From a virus: a stretch of DNA of 29,972 nt. The notes beneath the pieces are model-generated. The model was not told the origin of the DNA, made no database searches, and saw nothing but the letters and a program-made list of their open reading frames with translations. Positions 16,080 through 23,434 of this stretch are shown here, one piece after another. Every line of letters starts with the position of its first letter. Position 1 is the stretch's first letter. The position numbers and the translations under genes were made by a program. The DNA is taken from IMG/VR virus record IMGVR_UViG_3300031964_000784; one strand, 5' to 3'.

Positions 16080-17408
16080 ATGATTCCAACTGACATGCAG
16101 CGCTTCATCGAGGTCTACAACGACCTTGAGACCTACCCAACACTCGCAGATGTTGCAAGCGAATTGGATGTCTCTATCAAGACAGTACGCAACAAGGCTG
16201 GCACATTGCGCAGTCTTGCCAAGGGCGATTCGACAGCAACCAAGCTGATCTTGCGCGCCTCAATGGCTGAAGTGCCTATGTCGGAAGACGCATCAAAGTT
16301 CATGATCGACTGGACGGCAGAAGACTGCATCAAAGAGCTGCGCCGCATTGCCCAGATCGACACGGAAAAGGTCATCACCCGCAATTACTTCCGCAACCAT
16401 TCAGGTATCTCCGAGTCGACCTGGAACCGGTATTTCGGCACCTTCCTCGAATTCAAACGCCAGGCAGGAATCACCCTGTCGCGCCAGCAACACGGACTTG
16501 AGCGCAGCATCGCCAAGCATGCCTCAGTAGATCACTACCGGCAGATGAACATCGATCGGCAGGATTACGATGTCAAGTACCTGAAGGACGGCAGCGGTCG
16601 ATTCAAGACCATCATGGTCTGCTCGGATCTTCATGACATCGAGATCGACGAGTTCTACCTGCGAGTATGGCTCGATACCGTCAAGCGCGTACAGCCGGAC
16701 ATCATCGTGTTCAACGGCGACATCTTTGACCTGCCTGAGTTCGGCAAGTACGGCGTCGACCCGCGTGAGTGGGATGTAGTAGGGCGCATCAAGTTCGCTC
16801 ACGAGCGCATTCTTGGCCCAACACGCGCCGCCGCACCCCAGGCACAGATCGACTTTATCGAAGGGAACCATGAAGCGCGGCTCTTGCGTCACCTGGCTGA
16901 TGAGTCGCCGGCGATCCGCGCAGTGCTGGCAGACCTGCATGGCTGGACGGTAGCGAAGATATTGGGCCTAGATGCGTTCGAGATCAACTACATCGCCAAA
17001 GCCGACTTGGCCGCCTTCACCAAACGCGACTTCGAAAAAGAGCTGGCCCAGAACTACAAAATCTATTACGACACCTTCGTCTGCCATCACTTCCCATTCG
17101 CTCGTGACTGGAAAATGCCTGGTGTGAACGGCCACCACCACAAGCACATTGTCTGGCCCGACTTCACTCCGATTTACGGCGCGTTCGAGTGGCACCAGCT
17201 CGGCAGCGGTCACAAGCGTAGCGCGTCGTATTGTGAGGGCGAGAAGTGGCATTGCGGCTTCGACATCGCCCATATCGACACGCAGACGCGCGCCACACTG
17301 CACGACTACGTGACGATCACAGACTTTGCGGTGGCGGGCGGGAAGATGTATTGCCGTGCGCCGAGCGAGGTTGATTCGCACGTTGTCAAGGTCTTGCAAA
17401 TGAAATAA
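16080..17408 (+). CDS. Calcineurin-like metallophosphoesterase with N-terminal HTH-like and helical repeat domains
   Basis: SDLHD, NGDIFD, EGNHE, GHHH motifs; TLADVASELDVSIKTVRN HTH. Confidence 0.82.
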   Translation: MIPTDMQRFIEVYNDLETYPTLADVASELDVSIKTVRNKAGTLRSLAKGDSTATKLILRASMAEVPMSEDASKFMIDWTAEDCIKELRRIAQIDTEKVITRNYFRNHSGISESTWNRYFGTFLEFKRQAGITLSRQQHGLERSIAKHASVDHYRQMNIDRQDYDVKYLKDGSGRFKTIMVCSDLHDIEIDEFYLRVWLDTVKRVQPDIIVFNGDIFDLPEFGKYGVDPREWDVVGRIKFAHERILGPTRAAAPQAQIDFIEGNHEARLLRHLADESPAIRAVLADLHGWTVAKILGLDAFEINYIAKADLAAFTKRDFEKELAQNYKIYYDTFVCHHFPFARDWKMPGVNGHHHKHIVWPDFTPIYGAFEWHQLGSGHKRSASYCEGEKWHCGFDIAHIDTQTRATLHDYVTITDFAVAGGKMYCRAPSEVDSHVVKVLQMK

Positions 17409-17432
17409 AAAATAATCCCGCTTTCAGCTTGT

Positions 17433-17461
17433 TTGATAAGTCATCAGTGAGTTATTATAAG
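17433..17461 (+). promoter_or_regulatory. Sigma70 promoter of phoH with palindrome (17437-17454) across the spacer
   Basis: TTGATA, 17 bp, TATAAG; TAAGTCA-TCAG-TGAGTTA; A-tract upstream. Confidence 0.72.
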
Positions 17462-17495
17462 GCTCTGACCAACCAACCATCTGGAAGCGGAATTT

Positions 17496-18269
17496 ATGGC
17501 ACGTAGTGATAAGTCAGACCGTAGCGGCAAACGTCAAGCGAAGCGCGCAGGAATACTCCCCGAACAGCAATTCTCAGATTACACAGTGCCGGCACGTCCG
17601 CTGCGCGCTGCGCCATTTGAACCCAAGACCGACAAGCAGCGCAAGTACGCGGCAGCAATTCGCCTACCGGGTAGCGTTGTGTTCGGGATGGGGCCGGCGG
17701 GTACGGGCAAGACCTATGTGGCGGCTACCCTGGCGGCAGACGCACTGATGGAAAAGAAGGTTGACAAGATTATCCTGACGCGGCCGGCAGTCGAGGCGGG
17801 CGGCGAGAACTTGGGCTTTCTGCCAGGCGACAAGGAGGAGAAGTTCGATGCCTACTTCGATCCGGTGCGCGACGTATTCGAGGAGCGCCTGGGCAAGTCA
17901 TTCGTGGACTATTTGATCAAAGAGGGGCGGATCAAGTGCGAGCCGTTCGCCTACATGCGCGGCAAGACCTTCAAACGCGCCTTTGTGATGCTTGACGAAG
18001 CGCAGAACGCGACACCGGAGCAGTTCAAGCTGTTCCTGACGCGGATCGGTGAGGACGCAACCGTGGTTGTCAACGGTGACGAATCGCAGGTGGACATCAA
18101 AGGGCAGTCTGGCTTTGTCGATGCGGCCAACCGGATCATGCACATATCCTCGGTCAAGGTCGTATTGTTTGAAAAGAAAGATATCGTGCGTAGTGGCTTC
18201 GTGCGGGAGATCGTGGAGGCGTACGAGCAGCCGGCGCCGAGCCGCATCAACCCTGTGCTTTTGCGATAA
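17496..18269 (+). CDS. phoH: PhoH-family ATPase
   Basis: GPAGTGKT, LTRPAVEAG.ENLGFLPGD, AYMRGKTF, DEAQN, LTRIGE, DIVRSG. Confidence 0.95.
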   Translation: MARSDKSDRSGKRQAKRAGILPEQQFSDYTVPARPLRAAPFEPKTDKQRKYAAAIRLPGSVVFGMGPAGTGKTYVAATLAADALMEKKVDKIILTRPAVEAGGENLGFLPGDKEEKFDAYFDPVRDVFEERLGKSFVDYLIKEGRIKCEPFAYMRGKTFKRAFVMLDEAQNATPEQFKLFLTRIGEDATVVVNGDESQVDIKGQSGFVDAANRIMHISSVKVVLFEKKDIVRSGFVREIVEAYEQPAPSRINPVLLR

Positions 18270-18283
18270 GAAACAAAGATGGA

Positions 18284-18413
18284 CAAGTGGGTGGGGCCGG
18301 CGCCTCATTCACTTGGGAATGCCACGCTTAACATAAAGTCTTATCTATAATAAAGAAGTACAGATTTAAAGAAATACAGAATATACGCGGAGAGAGGCGG
18401 TTCCCAAGTGAAT
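18284..18413 (+). promoter_or_regulatory. Structured intergenic region: alternative inverted repeats around an AT-rich tandem repeat
   Basis: 18284-97 pairs with 18302-15; 18307-19 is the exact reverse complement of 18401-13; 16-bp tandem repeat at 18351-82. Confidence 0.6.
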
Positions 18414-19133
18414 CAAGTGGAAGAGAAAGACACGCACGGCCCCTATTTTGGGTCGGAGCTAACCCGGAGTGAATGTGATGTGCTGGCGATAGCGAACATC
18501 GGCGTCAAGCTGCGGGATCGCGAGCAGGCGCTCATGAAGGATAAATGGTTCGACTACCGGCCCATGCACCCGACCCAGGCGACATACCTGTTTGCGCATC
18601 ATTTCAACAGGGCGTACGGCAACTTCATGAATGTCGGGTACGGCAAGGGCGGCGGCTTCATGGCGTCATTCAAGGGCAAAGACTTCATACAGGTGCGGGA
18701 GAAAACGTCGTTCTGGAGTCTTCGTCAAAAGGTCGACGAGCTTGGCGTGCGATACGACTTCTTTTGCCGCAAAGCGATGGATTGGCACCTTGAGCGCGGC
18801 TGGCGACGGCCGCCGCGCCCTTGTCATGTGGTCAACAACAACGACATGATCGTGTATGTCATGAACGCGTGGGCGGAAGAGTGCGCCAGTAAGATCCAGT
18901 TTGCCAAATCGTCGCGCTTTACCGCCGCGCAACACGTCGGCGGCGAAGATCAGCTTGCGTACGAGGATTTCATCGTCGAGCAGATCAAACGCAAACAACA
19001 TCCTAAATTCGCTCTGTACAGTGCGTTATATGTGCATGACGCAATTCGCATTGAGACAGCAATGCTGCACTTTTCTGAGGAGGTTATCTGCGAGGCCCGT
19101 GAATACAATAATTCACTTTCTCAAGAAAGATAA
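18408..19133 (+). CDS. Hypothetical protein heading the replication block
   Basis: 241 aa; GTG start after GAGAGG; aromatic/basic globular sequence; no motif recognised. Confidence 0.65.
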   Translation: MNQVEEKDTHGPYFGSELTRSECDVLAIANIGVKLRDREQALMKDKWFDYRPMHPTQATYLFAHHFNRAYGNFMNVGYGKGGGFMASFKGKDFIQVREKTSFWSLRQKVDELGVRYDFFCRKAMDWHLERGWRRPPRPCHVVNNNDMIVYVMNAWAEECASKIQFAKSSRFTAAQHVGGEDQLAYEDFIVEQIKRKQHPKFALYSALYVHDAIRIETAMLHFSEEVICEAREYNNSLSQER

Positions 19134-19152
19134 GTAAGTGGTGAGCTATAAT
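19131..19152 (+). promoter_or_regulatory. Degenerate palindrome copy overlapping a TATAAT upstream of the Hfq-like gene
   Basis: TAAGTAA-GTGG-TGAGCTA (19131-48); TATAAT 19147-52; no good -35. Confidence 0.5.
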
Positions 19153-19198
19153 TGAATTGTTCGAGTGAATAAGCAATCAGCAAATTACCAGGAGATTT

Positions 19199-19609
19199 AT
19201 GTTTTCAGCCTCAAAAACGCTACACGACAGCGTAGAACGTCAGCAGCAAATCGAAGAGGGCGCACGTCTGGCTCGTGAAGAGGGTGTCACGCCGGTATTG
19301 CAACGTACGACGCTAAAGCTGAAATCTGGCGCCCGTTCGTCTGCGGCACCAAAGAAGGAGCAGCCGAAGGGTCATGAAGCATTCTTGAAAGCGCTGGAGA
19401 CTTCCGGTGCATCAATTATCGTCGAGAAGTGCGACGGTACGGTAGTAAAGGGAGTCGTAAAGCATTCCGACAAGTACACCATCACGCTGCGCGCCCCAAT
19501 CAACGGCGCACCAGAAATGACAATTGATCGTGTCGTCTTCAAGCATGACATCAGCGAGTTCTCACCGGCAACGCCACGCCCAGCAGTCAAGGAAGAAGCA
19601 TGTCTGTAG
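19199..19609 (+). CDS. Hfq-like Sm-fold protein with N-terminal extension
   Basis: HEAFLKAL..DGTVVKGVVKHSDKYTITL (Sm1) and VVFKHDISEFSP (Sm2; compare Hfq MVYKHAISTVVP); SD AGGAG. Confidence 0.8.
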   Translation: MFSASKTLHDSVERQQQIEEGARLAREEGVTPVLQRTTLKLKSGARSSAAPKKEQPKGHEAFLKALETSGASIIVEKCDGTVVKGVVKHSDKYTITLRAPINGAPEMTIDRVVFKHDISEFSPATPRPAVKEEACL

Positions 19610-21051
19610 CAGCGGTAGAGGCAGAAGACGCGGTAGCCGCAATGATCGGCTCGGCCTATTCCCTCACCGCGTCGGCCCCAGGCGTAACGATCGAGGCGGA
19701 CAAGTTCGACTTCGGTGCTGAGTTCCAGACCAAGATCGCCACGCATGTCATGCGTGACATCGGCTTTATGCGCAAGGTTGGGCATCTGGTAATGCCAGAC
19801 TACTTCGAAAACGTGGGAGAGGCGGCTATCGTCAATCTTGCGCTGAAGTATTTCAAGAAATACAACGAGGTGCCAGAGGCGAAAGTCGCGATTCAGTTGG
19901 TCAGGGATGCGAAGACGGATAAGACGATTCGCGGCGACGACCTGGCACTGGCTGGCGAAGCAATGCGGGCCGTATTCAGCAAAGACGCAAGTATCGGCAA
20001 TAGCGACAGCATGGCCGAATCGGTCGCGTCGTTTGCTCGGTATCAAGCAATGTCGGCGGCGATCTTGAAGTCAGCAGAAATGCTCGACAGCAAGATCAAT
20101 AAGGACGAAAAGTTCAAGAAGATCGAGGCGTCGATCAAGCTGGCCGCGTCTGTCGGCATGAACGTCGACGGCGAAGAGTACGACTACTTCGAAAGAATTA
20201 CCGAGCGCACCAGAGAGCGCCAGGAGAAGACAGTGGCGGGCGCGGTGCCGGCCGGAATCACAACCGGCAACATTCAAATCGACAACCTCCTGTACCACAA
20301 GGGTTGGGGGCGTCGAGAACTATCCGTCATTATGGGCGGCGCCAAGTCGGGTAAAACGACCGCATTGCTGCATTTTGGGAAGTGCGCCGCGCTGTCGGGC
20401 CGCAATGTGCTGTATGTGACGTGCGAAGTCGCCGGCAAGATCCTTGCGGAGCGTCTGGACGCGTCGATTTCAGGTATCGCGGTCAAGCAGCTTGAACTGA
20501 AGATCCATGATGTCGAAGACGTGATTCTCAAGCTGCCGAAACATGGCGCATTGAAGATTCACGAATACCCAAGCGGCACGCTGACGCCAGCAATGCTCAA
20601 TGCGCTGATTCAGCGTTACAAGTCGCCACGGTTGAACGCGGACGGATCAACGGCGCCGGCAATCGTATTCGACATGGTAGTGGTCGATTACGCCGACATC
20701 ATGTCGCCGGACTTCCGCACCAATGACGCTATCGAGAATTCCAAGAACATCTGGCTCGGTCTGCGCGCGATTGCGTTCGAAGAAAATCTCGCCATGCTGA
20801 CTGCCACGCAAACCAATCGCGAAGGCAATAAGTCGGCGGTGGCAAAGGCGACAGACGTAGCGGAAGACTTCAACAAGATTCGGACAGCCGATATTGTGAT
20901 TTCGATCAACGCGACAGATGAAGAGCGTGCGGCCGGTGAAGCGCGCCTGTACTTCGCGGCGTCACGTAACCAGGAGTCGGGCTTTACGATCTTCATTAAG
21001 CAGGCGCTGTCCATGATGCGCTTCATCACTTCGATCATCAAGGTGGAGTGA
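19600..21051 (+). CDS. Replicative DNA helicase, DnaB/T4 gp41-like (SF4)
   Basis: GITTG, Walker A GGAKSGKT, NVLYVTCE, IHEYPSG, Walker B VVVDYAD, TATQTNR, VAEDF. Confidence 0.9.
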   Translation: MSVAAVEAEDAVAAMIGSAYSLTASAPGVTIEADKFDFGAEFQTKIATHVMRDIGFMRKVGHLVMPDYFENVGEAAIVNLALKYFKKYNEVPEAKVAIQLVRDAKTDKTIRGDDLALAGEAMRAVFSKDASIGNSDSMAESVASFARYQAMSAAILKSAEMLDSKINKDEKFKKIEASIKLAASVGMNVDGEEYDYFERITERTRERQEKTVAGAVPAGITTGNIQIDNLLYHKGWGRRELSVIMGGAKSGKTTALLHFGKCAALSGRNVLYVTCEVAGKILAERLDASISGIAVKQLELKIHDVEDVILKLPKHGALKIHEYPSGTLTPAMLNALIQRYKSPRLNADGSTAPAIVFDMVVVDYADIMSPDFRTNDAIENSKNIWLGLRAIAFEENLAMLTATQTNREGNKSAVAKATDVAEDFNKIRTADIVISINATDEERAAGEARLYFAASRNQESGFTIFIKQALSMMRFITSIIKVE

Positions 21052-22145
21052 TGCACGACAACGAAGAACTTGACGAGGCGATACGCTCCATCGATATCGA
21101 GAATTGGCTCGATCAGGAGGGTGTTGACTATCGTCAGGCGCGCGGGTCGAGCGGGCGTCAGGCAAACATCAAGACGTGCCCATGCTGCGGCAATTCGAAG
21201 TGGAAGGTCTACGTCGGATTGGAATCTGGGCTAGGCAACTGCTTTGTGTGCGAAATGAAGTACAACAAGTTTTCCTTCATTCGGGCGCAGCTCGGCGTGT
21301 CGGGCAAGGATACGGTCGAGCATATCAAGGCGTTTGCGCGCGAACAGGGCTGGAGACCGGCAAAGCGAATTGGTGCGGCGGTCAGCTTGTCGCATGCCAG
21401 TTTGAAGCTGCCGGCGTCCATCGCCTTGCCGCATGAAGGGCGAAACCTGAAGTACCTGGAGAACCGGAATATCACGGCTGATGTTGCCAAGTATTTCGCG
21501 TTCCGATTCTCGCAGAAGGGTAAGTTCAACTATGAGGATGACAAGCACCGCAAGCTGTTCCAGGACTACAGCAACCGGATCATTATTCCGGTCTTTGACC
21601 TGGAAGGCGATCTGGTCAGCTTCCAGGGTCGCGACATCACCGGCAGGGCGGAAAAGAAATACTTGTTCCCGCCCGGCTTCGCGTCTACCGGCAAGCATCT
21701 GTACAACGGCCACAACGCGGTCGGCGCGGCGCGTATCGTGATCGGGGAGGGGGTATTCGACGTGGCGGCAACAAAGATCGCTCTGGACGGTGATATGGCC
21801 CTGCGTGATGTTGTTCCGGTCGGCAGCTTCGGCAAGCACCTGTCGCACGGCGACGAAGATAGCCAACTCGCCAAGATCATGCGGCTGAAAGAGAAGGGGC
21901 TGAAGGAAGTAACGATCATGTGGGACGCCGAGACTGCCGCGCTGGTTGCCGCTGTCGAGACTGGTATGAGGTTGATTGGCTGCGGGATACGAACGCGCAT
22001 TGCTGTTCTGCCGGCGGGTTGCGATCCAAATGAGACTTCGGCAGCGAACGTGCGCGATGCATTCTGGAAAGCGGAAGTGGTCACTCCAATGATGGCGACA
22101 CGATTGCGGTTACAGGCAAATCGATTAGGCAAGGTTGCAGCATAA
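21051..22145 (+). CDS. DNA primase (Zn-binding domain plus TOPRIM); alternative GTG start at 21048
   Basis: CPCC..CFVC; YLENRNI, RIIIPVFD, FQGRDI, KKY, EGVFD, MWDAE, DPNE. Confidence 0.88.
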   Translation: MHDNEELDEAIRSIDIENWLDQEGVDYRQARGSSGRQANIKTCPCCGNSKWKVYVGLESGLGNCFVCEMKYNKFSFIRAQLGVSGKDTVEHIKAFAREQGWRPAKRIGAAVSLSHASLKLPASIALPHEGRNLKYLENRNITADVAKYFAFRFSQKGKFNYEDDKHRKLFQDYSNRIIIPVFDLEGDLVSFQGRDITGRAEKKYLFPPGFASTGKHLYNGHNAVGAARIVIGEGVFDVAATKIALDGDMALRDVVPVGSFGKHLSHGDEDSQLAKIMRLKEKGLKEVTIMWDAETAALVAAVETGMRLIGCGIRTRIAVLPAGCDPNETSAANVRDAFWKAEVVTPMMATRLRLQANRLGKVAA

Positions 22146-22194
22146 GTCACAAATGACTTCGTTTGCCTGAATGCGGTGAATAAACTATGACTTA
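22143..22194. promoter_or_regulatory. Palindrome copy plus a second half-site after the primase gene
   Basis: TAAGTCA-CAAA-TGACTTC (22143-60); TGACTTA (22188-94). Confidence 0.62.
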
Positions 22195-22227
22195 TCGGTC
22201 AAGCGCACAGTGCGCGGGAGACGTTGG

Positions 22228-22710
22228 ATGTATGAGATTACGACAAACTTTTTAGAGCATGACGGCGGCACAAAGTTTTACGAAACGGTGCGGATCAAGG
22301 TTGTGTCGGACGACCGAACCATTTTGATTAAGCGGTACGGTTCGATGAAGCAAAAGAACGGCGGCGGCGCAACAAAGATCGAGCGCTATAGCAACAGCGC
22401 TGACGCCACGAGGGCGAATTTTGCAATCGTGAAAGAGAAGACCACGCCTCGCACTGGTAAGGGGCAGTACCTAATATCGTCGTTTCCGTTGCATGGCTTT
22501 CACGTTCACAACGGGAAGCCGCCAATTTCGACTGATTCAGTTATCGACACGGTGCGCTACCACTACGCGGACAAGGAAACGAGCGAGGCGATCACGGCAT
22601 ATCTCAGCGTTGACGCCATGCGAGTTTGGATCGACGAGGCGATAGGTATTGTAGATACAACAAAAGACGAAGCGCCAGTAGATCGAGGCGGTTCATGGGC
22701 AAGCTGGTAA
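22228..22710 (+). CDS. WGR-domain-like protein
   Basis: ATG 22228 after GGGAG; TKFY..IKRYGS..IVKEK..KGQY resembles the WGR pattern. Confidence 0.5.
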   Translation: MYEITTNFLEHDGGTKFYETVRIKVVSDDRTILIKRYGSMKQKNGGGATKIERYSNSADATRANFAIVKEKTTPRTGKGQYLISSFPLHGFHVHNGKPPISTDSVIDTVRYHYADKETSEAITAYLSVDAMRVWIDEAIGIVDTTKDEAPVDRGGSWASW

Positions 22711-22723
22711 CAGGAGAATAACG

Positions 22724-23434
22724 ATGATCGAAAATTTACCGACGACGGAAGTCGACAAGAATTACCCGCCAGAACATTCGGCAAGCCCATACAACGCCTA
22801 TTACCTACGCGGGTGCCCTGTCGTTGAGCGCAGTCCGGCCTACGCGTCGTGCCTGTACAAAGTCTCGGAACTGGAAGCTGGTCGACCTGTCGCTACCGCC
22901 GCCGACTGCAACCAGGCGATTCAATGCAGGCGCTGTCAGGCGAAGGATATGCAACAGCAAGAGAAATTGAAAGGCGTAGCACTGTTCTTTTTCCCAAGTC
23001 TGGCGTACCAAAACAAGGCGATAACAAACCTGACGCCGGAAAGCGAACTGCCGCGTCGTCAGAATGGCGACACGCGCCAAGCGCCGTTCGTGAGCAACGT
23101 ATATGGCGCGGCCAACTATCGCGGCCGCTATCAAGAATACGTGCCACCGGCCGGCCGCAAAACTGGTATCGCGGCAGTGCCGACCGTTCCTGCGCTCAAG
23201 TCAACCATCAAGGCGCCGCTTATCGACAGCGGTAGCTACGCGGACGCATTCAACACGGCAATGACTAGCGTGCCAGAAGTGCCCAAGACAACAGTGGCAG
23301 CGATCGCCAGGCCGGCCTCGACCCTGACGATCAAAAGCATTTCAGGGCGGCCAATGATGCTGCCCAACGAATCACCTTTGCAGTACGCGCGGCGCATTGC
23401 TGCAACCCTTAATCAACAAACGGAGAATGTATGA
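22724..23434 (+). CDS. Hypothetical protein (Cys-rich N-terminus, Pro/Ala/Thr-rich C-terminus)
   Basis: SD AGGAG; 236 aa; ATGA-coupled to the ligase. Confidence 0.65.
   Translation: MIENLPTTEVDKNYPPEHSASPYNAYYLRGCPVVERSPAYASCLYKVSELEAGRPVATAADCNQAIQCRRCQAKDMQQQEKLKGVALFFFPSLAYQNKAITNLTPESELPRRQNGDTRQAPFVSNVYGAANYRGRYQEYVPPAGRKTGIAAVPTVPALKSTIKAPLIDSGSYADAFNTAMTSVPEVPKTTVAAIARPASTLTIKSISGRPMMLPNESPLQYARRIAATLNQQTENV

Noticed and set aside
17496-18269. PhoH (and the guanylate kinase at 25635) as evidence of host chromosome
   Set aside because: Both are common phage auxiliary genes and are embedded in the phage operon structure; phoH carries the phage palindrome
1743-22160. Palindrome copies as CRISPR repeats or REP elements
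   Set aside because: Dispersed singly over kilobases, no regular spacers, AT-rich and promoter-associated
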